Shown here: positions 55,310 through 64,000 of the stretch, piece by piece
How positions within the stretch are numbered: position 1 is the first letter of the stretch
Layout of the letters: each line of letters starts with the position of its first letter
Origin: a virus
Direction: 5' to 3' (one strand)
DNA: 64,000 bases
IMG/VR virus record: IMGVR_UViG_3300046660_000513
Location: 1 to 64,000 of that record
The notes under the pieces: generated by a model
What the model was told of the DNA's origin: nothing
What the model saw: the letters and a program-made list of their open reading frames with translations, nothing else
Databases searched by the model: none
Program-made: the position numbers and the translations under genes

Positions 55310-55389
55310 GACTGGGGGAGGGGACACTTGATGTCCCCTCCCCCTAGTGTTAGGGTAGATACAACGTAATCGACCGAGGAGACGGCCCC

Positions 55390-55635
55390 ATGACCGCACG
55401 TAAGACGGACTACTCCACCACCCGCCCGGACGGCATGGAGTTCATCTGTAACCGGTGGGTATTCGCTGGTGACAAGGGCTACCGCGTCAAGCCCAACGAC
55501 GACGGTCACGGCGACGACGGCACGTTCAACGTGTACTCGTACGCGCACACGCAGGAGCGAGTGGTCGGCACCTTCGGCATGAACTTGACAGAGGACGCGG
55601 CGCACGAACTGGCCGCGTCCCTCGCAAAGCGTTAG
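55390..55635 (+). CDS. Hypothetical protein
   Basis: Motif 55348 + GAGGAG RBS. Confidence 0.7.
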   Translation: MTARKTDYSTTRPDGMEFICNRWVFAGDKGYRVKPNDDGHGDDGTFNVYSYAHTQERVVGTFGMNLTEDAAHELAASLAKR

Positions 55636-55698
55636 AGCCCGGATACGCCGAAGGGGCGGAGAGTCGGAAGACTCCCGCCCCTTCGGCGTGCATACGGC

Positions 55699-56232
55699 TT
55701 AGTAGTTGCCGTTGCTGAGGATCTCGCCGGTCTTGTCATACACCGTGACGAGACCGTTCTTGCTGTCCTTGCCCCGGCTGGTCTGCCAGTCGGTGAACGC
55801 ACTGGCAAGCAGCTTGCCGTCACTCCCGTGCGGGCCCATCAGACCGCCGCTGTAGTCGGTGTAAATGTCGGCGGTGTCCAGGATGTCGTTCTTCTTGTCG
55901 GCACCCTGGATCTTGGTGACGTGCTTCACGGCGGCCTGCTCGGTGGCGGTCCCGTTCTTGTTCACGTACGCCTTGAACGCCTGCACCGGGGTTTGTGCGG
56001 GCGCCGCGTCCTTGCCAGCGGTCAGGGTCGGCCGGGCGTTGTGGGAGGGAGCGGAGTCGTCTGACGTGCCCTTGCTGCCGTTGGAAGAAGCGGCGACCGC
56101 GACAACCCCGACTGCGACAAAGCCGATGAAGGCGTACAGGCAGCCCTTGCCCTTGCGCTTCTTCGGCTCCGGCTGCGGCGCGTACTGCGGCGCGGGGTAC
56201 TGGGGCGGCTGCTGCGGTTCCTGCTGAGACAT
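55699..56232 (-). CDS. Membrane-anchored exported protein
   Basis: PQ-rich N-terminus, KKRKGKGC + TM helix, extracellular domain. Confidence 0.75.
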   Translation of the reverse strand: MSQQEPQQPPQYPAPQYAPQPEPKKRKGKGCLYAFIGFVAVGVVAVAASSNGSKGTSDDSAPSHNARPTLTAGKDAAPAQTPVQAFKAYVNKNGTATEQAAVKHVTKIQGADKKNDILDTADIYTDYSGGLMGPHGSDGKLLASAFTDWQTSRGKDSKNGLVTVYDKTGEILSNGNY

Positions 56233-56467
56233 GCGGGGTTCCCCCTGAGGTGAGTTGGGGCCTGCGGGCGCATGGCGGCACAACAGGCGGAGAGCAGCAT
56301 ACGGTATTGACCGAGGCCGTTCAATCTACCCTCTCACCCCGAGCCATTTGCAGGCCTATTTGCAGGACTTGTTGTAGGCTCCCGTAAACGTGATCGGTAA
56401 GCTACCGTGAACATCACCGAACACAATCAGGCCTCATATGCCGGACCTGTAGCACCTGTAGGGGATC

Positions 56468-56734
56468 ATGAGCCTCATAGACGATCTGGTGAGCATCGAA
56501 TCCCGGCGCGGTACCTATCCCGGGCCGCAGTGCACCGTCGCAAAGATCATGGGACAGATCAGCGAAGACGACCGCGCCCAGTTGTGCCGGGTCCTGGACA
56601 ACCCCGACGTCCCCGGGTCTGTCATCGCCGGGGCTCTTACCCGCAACGGGTATCCCGTCGCCGACAAAACGGTTCTGCGCCATCGCAAGCGTGGTACGTC
56701 CTCCGGCTGCCACTGCCCCAAGGAAGACGCGTGA
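56468..56734 (+). CDS. Small HTH protein typical upstream of actinophage metallophosphoesterase
   Basis: CTVAKI...IAGAL...G..V...TVLRHR...CHC. Confidence 0.7.
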   Translation: MSLIDDLVSIESRRGTYPGPQCTVAKIMGQISEDDRAQLCRVLDNPDVPGSVIAGALTRNGYPVADKTVLRHRKRGTSSGCHCPKEDA

Positions 56735-57981
56735 GCAGCGGTCTCTCCGGCGACCTGGAGGCCTTACTGCGCCTCCCCGTCGGTCAAGCGGGACCCTCCA
56801 GCACCGGACACGTCCCCACAGCCGCTGTCGGCCGGGAATGGCAGCCCGGAGTCGCATTCAACGCTGACGGGGCCATGACCGTCGTCACCGCCCCCACCAC
56901 GACCAGCCCGCAAGACCCCCAGGCCTGGAAAGCTGCCGTCGAAGAACTCGGCCTCGCAGTCCCCGAAGGCTGGACCGTCCAGCTTGCCGAAGCCAAGTAC
57001 GATCCAGCCGCCTGGCACCGGGACGCCCAGGGCGAAGAAGCCGTCACCCGGCCGGTATGGCGGCTGAAGTTCCGGGTTGCTCCGTCCTCTCTGGCCGGGT
57101 ACGGCGCGGAGGATGTCGCGACGATGGTTCGGGACGCCATGCGCATCAAACGCACCCCACGGCCCCCTGTAGCCCCGTCTCGGGGCCTTGTAGTCGCCTA
57201 CTCCGACCCCCAGACGGGCAAAGTCGACCGCAGGGGCGGCACGCCAGAGCTGATCGCCCGCATCGCGGAGAAGTTCGACCGGCTCCAGGACCACGTCAGA
57301 GACCTCAAGACCCTCGGCCGTCCGGTGGACTCCGCCTACTGGATGGATGCCGGGGACTGCGTCGAAGGTCAGCAGAACGTCGCCTCGCAGCTTGCCACGA
57401 ACGATCTGACCATGACGGAAATGGTCCGGCTGCACCGCAGGCTGACGTTCGATGGACTGTCTCGGCTGGCCCGGCAGTTCGACTCCGTAACGGCTGCGGT
57501 GTGCGCGTCCAACCACGCCCAGCACCGCATCAACGGCAAGGTCGTCGGACCGCCGTCCGACGACTGGGGCATCGAGACGATGCAGCAGGTTGCCGACGCC
57601 TTCAACTGCAACCCGGACTCCTTCGGTCACGTCAAGTTCATCCTGCCTGAGAAATGGGAGGAGACCGTGAGCGTGGACGTCGCCGGAACAGTCGTAGGTC
57701 TTTCCCACGGTCACCAGGTGCGTGGTCCCGGCAAGGTTGTGGACTGGTGGCGCGGCCAGACGTTCGGAGAGCAGCCGGTAGCCGCCGCGAAAATCCTTCT
57801 GACCGGGCATTTCCACCACTTCCGGGCGGAAGAGGTCGGCTCCGGCAAGCTGTGGGTACAAGCCCCGGCCCTGGACAACGGGTCTTCCTGGTACGCCAAT
57901 CGCACCGGCGACGACTCCCGGGCGGGTCTGCTGGTGTTCTCCGTAGGTGCGGACGGCTGGTCCGACCTTGTCATTCTCTGA
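56731..57981 (+). CDS. Metallophosphoesterase (Mre11-like) family protein
   Basis: SDPQTGK, GDCVEG, SNH, HGH, GHFHH motifs; GTGA overlap start. Confidence 0.88.
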   Translation: MSSGLSGDLEALLRLPVGQAGPSSTGHVPTAAVGREWQPGVAFNADGAMTVVTAPTTTSPQDPQAWKAAVEELGLAVPEGWTVQLAEAKYDPAAWHRDAQGEEAVTRPVWRLKFRVAPSSLAGYGAEDVATMVRDAMRIKRTPRPPVAPSRGLVVAYSDPQTGKVDRRGGTPELIARIAEKFDRLQDHVRDLKTLGRPVDSAYWMDAGDCVEGQQNVASQLATNDLTMTEMVRLHRRLTFDGLSRLARQFDSVTAAVCASNHAQHRINGKVVGPPSDDWGIETMQQVADAFNCNPDSFGHVKFILPEKWEETVSVDVAGTVVGLSHGHQVRGPGKVVDWWRGQTFGEQPVAAAKILLTGHFHHFRAEEVGSGKLWVQAPALDNGSSWYANRTGDDSRAGLLVFSVGADGWSDLVIL

Positions 57982-57995
57982 GAGGGGTATCCGCT

Positions 57996-58325
57996 GTGTC
58001 TCATGACGACGCTGAATCCGAGGGCGAAGAGCTGGCGCTCCCTCCGGGGATGCTGCCCCTGATCCAGATCCAGGAACCGGAGGGCGACGCACTTCGGTGG
58101 ACCCCCACCACGTTCTTGATTGACCTGTTCATGGCGTTCGCCGGGGTGCTGGAAGCCATCGCCGGTTTCTACGGAGACCAGGCACGCTCCCTCGCCGCGC
58201 GGGCCTCCCTCAAGGAAGAGCTGAAGGACCGGGACATCCGGCAGCGCATCAAGACGGAGGAACGTCTCCGGATGCAGCTGCACACCCTGGAGGACATCTC
58301 GTACTTACCCGAGGCCCAAGAGTGA
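57996..58325 (+). CDS. Hypothetical protein upstream of terminase
   Basis: GAGGGG RBS, GTG 57996. Confidence 0.6.
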   Translation: MSHDDAESEGEELALPPGMLPLIQIQEPEGDALRWTPTTFLIDLFMAFAGVLEAIAGFYGDQARSLAARASLKEELKDRDIRQRIKTEERLRMQLHTLEDISYLPEAQE

Positions 58326-58499
58326 TAGCCTAGTTCTCCGCAGTCAGGATCGCACCCCATGGCGGTCAGGTCTGCTTCCACGAACCCCGGTCTCTTACGA
58401 GCAGACCGGGGTTTCGTCATTTCCGGCATTCCCCCAGCTCTTGACTGTTCCGTACAATGATCAGACAAGTGAGCATTGACCGGGGAAAGAGGATAAGGC

Positions 58500-60206
58500 G
58501 TGGCGCGTAACGCATGGGCGGACAGACTCGCCACGCTCTACGAATTACAGGCGAAAAAGGACTCCCACCGGAACCCCGCCGTATGGGTAAACGACATCCT
58601 CGGCGAAGACATGTGGTCCATGCAGACCGCCATTTGCGAGAGTGTCCGGGACCACCGATTCACAGCCGTCCAGTCCTGCCACGCCGCAGGCAAGTCCCAC
58701 CTTGCCTCCCGCCTCTCAGCCTGGTGGATCGCCACCACACCCATGGAAGAAGTCTTCCTCGTCACCACGGCGCCCACCGCCCGTCAGGTGGCCTCCATCC
58801 TCTGGCGCTATATCCAGCGCGCCCACAACCTCGCCAAAGAGCGCGGATTCACCATCCCCGGCCAGATCCTCTCCTCGCCGATCCCGTCCTGGAAAATCAA
58901 CGGTGAACTAGTCGGCATCGGGCAGAAGCCGCCGGACAAGGAAGACTCGGCCTTCCAGGGTTTCCACGCCGAAAAGATCCTCGTTGTCATCGACGAAGCG
59001 TGCGGCGTCGACCGGTCCATCTGGGACGCCGTGGACTCCCTCGTCACCAACGAGTCGTCCCGGGTCCTCGCCATCGGGAACCCCACCGACCCCGCGTCAC
59101 ACTTCCGGCAGGTGTGCTCCCCTGAGTCCCCGCTAGGCGAGAAATGGAACAAGATCCGCATCGACGCCCTGCGGTCCCCGCTGATGACCGAAGAGGCCTG
59201 CTCCCGGTACCCCCGCCTGGTGGAGTACATGAAGGAGGAAGGGATCCCCTTCGCCACCGAAGAGGTCTCCCCGACGCTCCAGAAGACGCTGGTGGGCCCG
59301 ACCTGGGTCTATGAATCCATGGTGGGCTGGGGCAAAGACTCCAGCCTGTTCAAGTCCAAAGTGCGGGCCGAGTTCCCCGAAACGTCCTCCGAGGGCGTTA
59401 TCCCGCTGGCCTGGGCAGAAGCCGCCATGGCCCGGTGGGAGAAATGGCGGGACGGGACCTACATCATCGACCCGGACACCGAAGAACCCGTGTGCCTGAT
59501 CGAACCGCGCGCCCAGCAGATCGGCGAGATCGTCATCGGTGCGGACATCTCCGACGGCGGCGAGGATGAGACAGTCGCCGCGATCCGGCAGGGCGAGGTG
59601 ATCCGTGAACTGATCGCGTTCCCCTCCAAGGACCCGCTGACCACCGCAGACGACCTCCAGGTGATCGCGGCCAAGCACGGGGCCCCGACGAACGCCAAGT
59701 ACATCGTGGACGGTATCGGCGTCGGCTCCGGTGTCGTGGCCAAGCTGCGCCGGGACTCCCAGGACACGTACGCGTTCATCGCGGCGGCCAACAGCGGTCG
59801 CAAGGACACCACCCAGAAAATGTCGTTCATCAACGACAGGGCGGCGGCCTGGTGGAACCTGCGCGAGATTCTGAACCCGGCCCGTAAGGGCGGCGCTGTT
59901 GCCGCGTTCCCCCGGGACGACAAGCTGCTTGCGGAACTGACCTGCCCCCGGTTCGACACACAGCCCGGTACCCCGAAGTACAAAATCGAGAAGAAGGAAG
60001 ACATCAGAACCCGGCTGGGGCGGTCGACCGACCGGGCAGACGCCGTGATTCAGGCGTTCTGGCTGCCTTCTGCGGTACCGGGCCCTGAGGAATTGAAGGA
60101 CAACGCCTGGAAGGCTTCCGAGGAACGCTACATCGGCAACGATGATTCAGAGGCCGTGGTGGAAAAGTGGGATACGGCCTCGGATATGGAACTCTCAGGC
60201 TGGTAA
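58500..60206 (+). CDS. Terminase large subunit
   Basis: SCHAAGKS Walker A, TAPTARQV, VIDEACG Walker B, IGNPT, GADIS..G.DET, RSTDRADAV. Confidence 0.93.
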   Translation: MARNAWADRLATLYELQAKKDSHRNPAVWVNDILGEDMWSMQTAICESVRDHRFTAVQSCHAAGKSHLASRLSAWWIATTPMEEVFLVTTAPTARQVASILWRYIQRAHNLAKERGFTIPGQILSSPIPSWKINGELVGIGQKPPDKEDSAFQGFHAEKILVVIDEACGVDRSIWDAVDSLVTNESSRVLAIGNPTDPASHFRQVCSPESPLGEKWNKIRIDALRSPLMTEEACSRYPRLVEYMKEEGIPFATEEVSPTLQKTLVGPTWVYESMVGWGKDSSLFKSKVRAEFPETSSEGVIPLAWAEAAMARWEKWRDGTYIIDPDTEEPVCLIEPRAQQIGEIVIGADISDGGEDETVAAIRQGEVIRELIAFPSKDPLTTADDLQVIAAKHGAPTNAKYIVDGIGVGSGVVAKLRRDSQDTYAFIAAANSGRKDTTQKMSFINDRAAAWWNLREILNPARKGGAVAAFPRDDKLLAELTCPRFDTQPGTPKYKIEKKEDIRTRLGRSTDRADAVIQAFWLPSAVPGPEELKDNAWKASEERYIGNDDSEAVVEKWDTASDMELSGW

Positions 60207-60263
60207 GGCGAAAATCCTGAATGTTAGCATAAGCCGGACAGATGCATAGACTAGGGGAGCACC

Positions 60264-61820
60264 GTGGCGGATGAGCAGTTAAATGGCAGCGACCTGCCTG
60301 CGGGCAGCGCGCTTGCCAATTATGCCTCGGACTACCTGAACAAACCCCTGACCAAGACCGTCAACGGCGCCCCTGATGTAATCCTGGACGCCGAAGAAGG
60401 CAGCCTCTACACCTGGGCCGACTCCCTCGCCGCATCGTGGTCCGGCATACCCGGACGCATCCTCCTCGACGAGAATGAATTCGAAAGCCTCTCGTTCGAT
60501 GAAATGCTCAGCCGGGACGGCAAGGCCCGCACCATTCAGCAGGTGCTCACCCTGCCCATCCGCTCCGCCCCGTGGAAAATCCTTCCGGGTCCCGGAGACA
60601 GCGGAGAGGCCGCCTTCGTACAGGCCGCGCTGACCAAGCCCGCCAACCAGGGGGGTATGAAGACCCCGATGCGGCTGCTCATCGCCCAGGCACTGTCCGC
60701 GCGCACGAACCGGAAAGCCTGTTTCGAGAAGGTCTTCACCGAACGGGACGGCAAGATCGTCTACGAGCGCCTCGCGTTCCGGCCCTCCCCGACGACAGCC
60801 ATCGCCCGCGACCCGAAGACAGGGGCTTTCCGGGGGTTCCGGCAGCGCCCCGTAGCTGTGGGCGGTGAGATCTGGCCGGACATCTGGATCGACATCCCCG
60901 CGCAGTACTCCTGGGTGCACCTGAACAACCAGCACATCAACGCCGCGCGCGGGCACTCCGACATGGAACTGATCTACTGGCTGCACGACAAGAAGCAGAA
61001 AGTGCTGTTCCTTTGGGCGACGTTCCTGGAGGCGAACGCGCTCGGCCGCTACGTGGTGCAGGCTGAGGATGAGACTCGGGCCAAGCAGTACGCACAGGCC
61101 CTGCGGTACGTCAAAAACGGCGGTGTCCTCGGCACTTCCAATGAGATCAAGGTAGAAACCCTGGAGCTGGGCACCGGTGCGGCCGGGCTGTTCAAGGACT
61201 TCATCGACTACCTGGACAACCAGATGGCGGCCTCGGTCCTCGCGGGGTTCACCAACCTCCCGGACAGTCCCGGCGGTTCCTACGCGCTGTCCAAAGACCA
61301 GTCCGACTTCTTCCTCCAGTCCCTCACAGGTACCGCCAAGGAGCTGGCAGAGTCCATCACGAACTACGTGATCGCCGACCTGGTGATGTACAACTACGGG
61401 CCGAAGGGCGTTTGCCCGACCTTTGAGTTCGGTCCGCTGTCTGAGGGCGACTTGGAGACGGTCAAGGCGCTGCTGCTCGGATTCGGCACAACGCCGACGG
61501 AACTCCGGGTGCCGCAGGCATTCATGACCGAGCTGACCAAGATGATGGGCACCTATCTTGACATGCCCATGGATGAGGTCAACAAGGAATTCCAGCAGCT
61601 GGAAGAGCGCATCGACCAGCGAATGGACCTGGAGCTGGAGACAAAGAAGGCCGGTCTCGATGCCCAGAAGCAGATGGCCGCGCAGGGTGGTCCTCAGGCC
61701 GGAGCTGCGGTAGGCGCCGCGAATCAGCAGAAAAAAGCTGAGATGGCGAAGGCCGGGGCCAAGATCAACAAGGCTGCACAGATGGTCAAGCAAAAGGCCG
61801 CAGCCGCCAAGGGCAAATAA
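60264..61820 (+). CDS. Portal protein (Mu gp29/DUF935-like)
   Basis: Position after terminase; FIDYLDNQMAASVLAG...GGSYALS. Confidence 0.85.
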   Translation: MADEQLNGSDLPAGSALANYASDYLNKPLTKTVNGAPDVILDAEEGSLYTWADSLAASWSGIPGRILLDENEFESLSFDEMLSRDGKARTIQQVLTLPIRSAPWKILPGPGDSGEAAFVQAALTKPANQGGMKTPMRLLIAQALSARTNRKACFEKVFTERDGKIVYERLAFRPSPTTAIARDPKTGAFRGFRQRPVAVGGEIWPDIWIDIPAQYSWVHLNNQHINAARGHSDMELIYWLHDKKQKVLFLWATFLEANALGRYVVQAEDETRAKQYAQALRYVKNGGVLGTSNEIKVETLELGTGAAGLFKDFIDYLDNQMAASVLAGFTNLPDSPGGSYALSKDQSDFFLQSLTGTAKELAESITNYVIADLVMYNYGPKGVCPTFEFGPLSEGDLETVKALLLGFGTTPTELRVPQAFMTELTKMMGTYLDMPMDEVNKEFQQLEERIDQRMDLELETKKAGLDAQKQMAAQGGPQAGAAVGAANQQKKAEMAKAGAKINKAAQMVKQKAAAAKGK

Positions 61821-61904
61821 AAAACCGAACCCCGCCAGGAGCCAAGCTCAACCGGCGGGGTTCGATCACCCAACCACCCAAAATGGATATTACTGGGAGG
61901 GTGC

Positions 61905-62534
61905 ATGTCGGAGCAAGCTCAGCAAAAGGCCCAAAGCGAATCTTCACAACAGGATGCCGAGATTGCTGCTGTCGTCGCCATTCTGGTAGCGGGTCCGCCC
62001 CTCATTACCGCAATGAAGGCCATTTCAGTTGCAGCGAAACTCCCCAAAAAGCTAGTACTAGCCCTACTAGCCATCATCAAGTACAAACCAGGCAAAAAGG
62101 CACAGGCCAAGGGATCCGGCCCCGTCACAGCCGCCCTGAAAAAGAACATGCGCTACCGGGCCGCCTACCTCATCAACGCCGCACAGAGACTGGCCGCAGC
62201 CCCCGACCTGGAAGCAGCCATCGCCCGGGAAAAAACGCTGTTTGCCGCCCACAAGGAGGCCTCAGCACGCCGCACCGCAGCAGCGAAAGCCTCCGTAGCC
62301 ATGGCCACCACCAGCCACAGCCCCGTCCTGGGATGGGGCGGCATCCTCGACAACCGCACCACCCCGGACTGCCGCTGGCTCATCGGGAAAAACTATTCCG
62401 TCGACAACCCGCCCGAAGGACTCCACCCCGGCGCCCGGCACCCGCGCTGCCGGTGCTACCCAACTCCGTCCTACCCCGGAAAACCGGTCGTCACAGAACT
62501 CCCGGCACACCTCAGCGGGAATTCTCCCCTATAG
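61905..62534 (+). CDS. MuF-like minor head protein
   Basis: W..ILDNRTTPDC..L.GK...PG.RHPRCRC. Confidence 0.85.
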   Translation: MSEQAQQKAQSESSQQDAEIAAVVAILVAGPPLITAMKAISVAAKLPKKLVLALLAIIKYKPGKKAQAKGSGPVTAALKKNMRYRAAYLINAAQRLAAAPDLEAAIAREKTLFAAHKEASARRTAAAKASVAMATTSHSPVLGWGGILDNRTTPDCRWLIGKNYSVDNPPEGLHPGARHPRCRCYPTPSYPGKPVVTELPAHLSGNSPL

Positions 62535-62619
62535 GTACTAGCCTCCCAGATTGACGAATAAACAGGTAGTTTGGTATCCGGCATGCCTGCTGAAAACACG
62601 CGCGCAAGGAGACCTCACT

Positions 62620-62943
62620 ATGGCTACCGCCTTAACTGTCCTTTCTGCCTCCAATGGTGGCCTGTCCACCTTTACCACCGTCGCAGCGGACACCACCGGG
62701 AACACGTTCTCGAATGACGGCCGCACCTGGCTGTTCATCGACGGGGGCGCCGCCGGTGGCACGCTCATCGTGAAGTCCAACGCCATTCTCCCCACGGGCC
62801 TGGTCGTTCCGGACAAGACGTACACCATCGCCGCGACCACCACGTACCTCCTCGACCCGTCGGACTTTCCGTACGTCGTCACCGGCGACACCGTGAAGGT
62901 CACCGCGTCCGTCACCACGATCAAGCTCGCCGCGTTCCACTAA
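62620..62943 (+). CDS. Putative virion (head decoration-like) beta protein
   Basis: AAGGAG RBS; G..F.NDGRT.L.I..G; Thr/Val-rich. Confidence 0.65.
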   Translation: MATALTVLSASNGGLSTFTTVAADTTGNTFSNDGRTWLFIDGGAAGGTLIVKSNAILPTGLVVPDKTYTIAATTTYLLDPSDFPYVVTGDTVKVTASVTTIKLAAFH

Positions 62944-62972
62944 ACACGCCGTAACTCCTTGGAGCGCAGGAC

Positions 62973-64000
62973 ATGAGTGCAGAGACTGGGGCGTTAGCGA
63001 CCACCCCGCATCCGTTAGGAAAGCCGAACGGACCGGGTCTTTTCGGAAACAAGTCGTTGAGCCTCCCGCCGTATGTGCAAAACGTGGCCCAGAGCCTTAT
63101 GGAGAAGCGCGGGATGGATCGCTCCCGGGCAATCGCCACGGCCATCGGAGTCATGAAGAACTGGGCATCCGGGCAGGGGAAGGTGCACCCCGAGGTCCGT
63201 GCTGCGGCAGGCGCGGCCCTGGCGGAGTGGGAAGCCGCAAAAATGAAGGCCCACGCCACCCCCAACAAGGGCGCTGTGAGCCTGTCCCAGCCGATGACTC
63301 TCCTGCGCTCCATCCTGGACGGCTCCACTGCGGTGGAACTGGCGCAGACCGCCACAGAGCCCTCAGGAGGCCCGAAGCCCGCCAAGGCCCCGGCCAAGCA
63401 GGACAAGAAGGCCCAGCAAGACCAGCAGCAGACCAAGCACCAGCTGCCTCCGGGCGCTACAGGCTGGAAGCATGGGTGGATTCCTGTCGATTCGTCCGGA
63501 AAAGCTGTCGGTCCATCGCAGATGAACAAGTCTGCGCAGGAGATCAAGGACATGACGGGCCACGACCAGGCCACCAAGGACGCGATCGCCTCCGCGTACC
63601 ACAACAAGTCAGTTGCTGACGGCAAGAAAGCCGCCACAAAGGCCAAGTCCGCCAAGAAGAAGGCGGACGCCGCCGCCAAGCATGCCGCAAAGGCCAAGAC
63701 CGCAGCCGCCAAGAAGGCGCTCCGGGCCAAGGTAGTCGCCGCGAAGAAGGCTGCGGTGGCTGCCAAGAGGAATGCCGCAGCTATCGCGAAAAACAAGGCT
63801 GCGAAGACGAAGGCCCGTCAGAAGCTGGTCACTCAGGCCACCCGGCAGGCGCTCGCGGACAAGAAGGCGGGCCGGTCGCTGACGCCGTCACAGGTCCGGC
63901 TGCTGGACGCGTACAACTCTCAGCAGGCCTCGCAGCTGGACAACCTGCGTAACAACGTGTCGCTGTCTCAGCCGGTTGGCGGGGAATCCCAGGTCACTGT
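62973..64000 (+). CDS. Head-associated protein with Lys/Ala-rich histone-like segment (3' partial; not in ORF track)
   Basis: Open to window end; LPPYVQNVAQSL...SRAIATAIG..KNWA, WKHGWIP, KKAATKAKSAKKK... Confidence 0.75.
   Translation, partial: MSAETGALATTPHPLGKPNGPGLFGNKSLSLPPYVQNVAQSLMEKRGMDRSRAIATAIGVMKNWASGQGKVHPEVRAAAGAALAEWEAAKMKAHATPNKGAVSLSQPMTLLRSILDGSTAVELAQTATEPSGGPKPAKAPAKQDKKAQQDQQQTKHQLPPGATGWKHGWIPVDSSGKAVGPSQMNKSAQEIKDMTGHDQATKDAIASAYHNKSVADGKKAATKAKSAKKKADAAAKHAAKAKTAAAKKALRAKVVAAKKAAVAAKRNAAAIAKNKAAKTKARQKLVTQATRQALADKKAGRSLTPSQVRLLDAYNSQQASQLDNLRNNVSLSQPVGGESQVT

Larger units (their letters stand above)
224..55361. repeat. Dispersed family of about 50 copies of TGCTAGGGTAGATA (promoter -10/operator motif)
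   Basis: + strand copies near 224,1393,2096,5038,5851,6468,6784,7911,9334,16812,20786,31721,34845,35115,35852,36501,37090,38109,39883,40521,40796,41570,42200,42585,52526,54045,55348; - strand copies near 8403,9705,10024,13772,15185,15764,16793,18340,20815,22149,22689,23244,25366,27494,27840,29405,29826,31700,33414,34445,35098,50006. Almost all lie just upstream of a same-strand ORF. Confidence 0.95.

Noticed and set aside
224-55361. Motif repeats as a CRISPR array or integron attC sites
   Set aside because: Spacing is irregular and gene-sized, the repeat is only about 14 bp and not attC-like, and no cas or tyrosine integrase gene is seen
56764-61793. Long antisense ORFs (e.g. 56764..58092, 60279..61793 on -; also 48957..49985, 11247..12236 and 18423..19121 on +)
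   Set aside because: Shadow frames of high-GC genes, with no RBS or domain motifs. Some end exactly at the TTA codons of the real genes (TAA on the other strand)

Overview
High-GC actinobacterial (most likely Streptomyces) phage DNA with plasmid-type maintenance genes, i.e. a probable phage-plasmid. Bases 1-56.3 kb are an accessory/early region of about 100 mostly small ORFs in short transcription units. Roughly 50 copies of one motif (consensus TGCTAGGGTAGATA, an extended -10 box plus a conserved tail) head these units, and several genes start leaderless right after it. Recognisable early genes include two GntR regulators, a HicA-like toxin, an ArdC-like protein, a serine resolvase, EndoVII and HNH nucleases, a ParB-like protein next to an iteron-rich divergent gap, TerD, primase-polymerase, a RyR-domain protein, a HAD protein, NlpC/P60 enzymes, a DUF2637 Spd-like protein, ParA plus partner, dCMP deaminase, ADP-ribosylglycohydrolase, an Acb2/Tad1-like protein, an AcrVA2-like protein and tRNA-Leu(CAA). 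A GH25+CHAP endolysin also lies in this region. From 56.4 kb the morphogenesis block begins (metallophosphoesterase, large terminase, Mu-gp29-like portal, MuF, head proteins), and the motif is absent there. Most striking: the rare bldA-dependent TTA codon sits near the start of most late/virion genes and twice in the endolysin, while I saw none in the long early genes I checked. This suggests virion production is translationally gated by the host developmental tRNA. Two non-canonical tRNA-like RNAs (25.4 kb and 37.1 kb) are also present. Family calls come from motif recognition by eye, not database searches.
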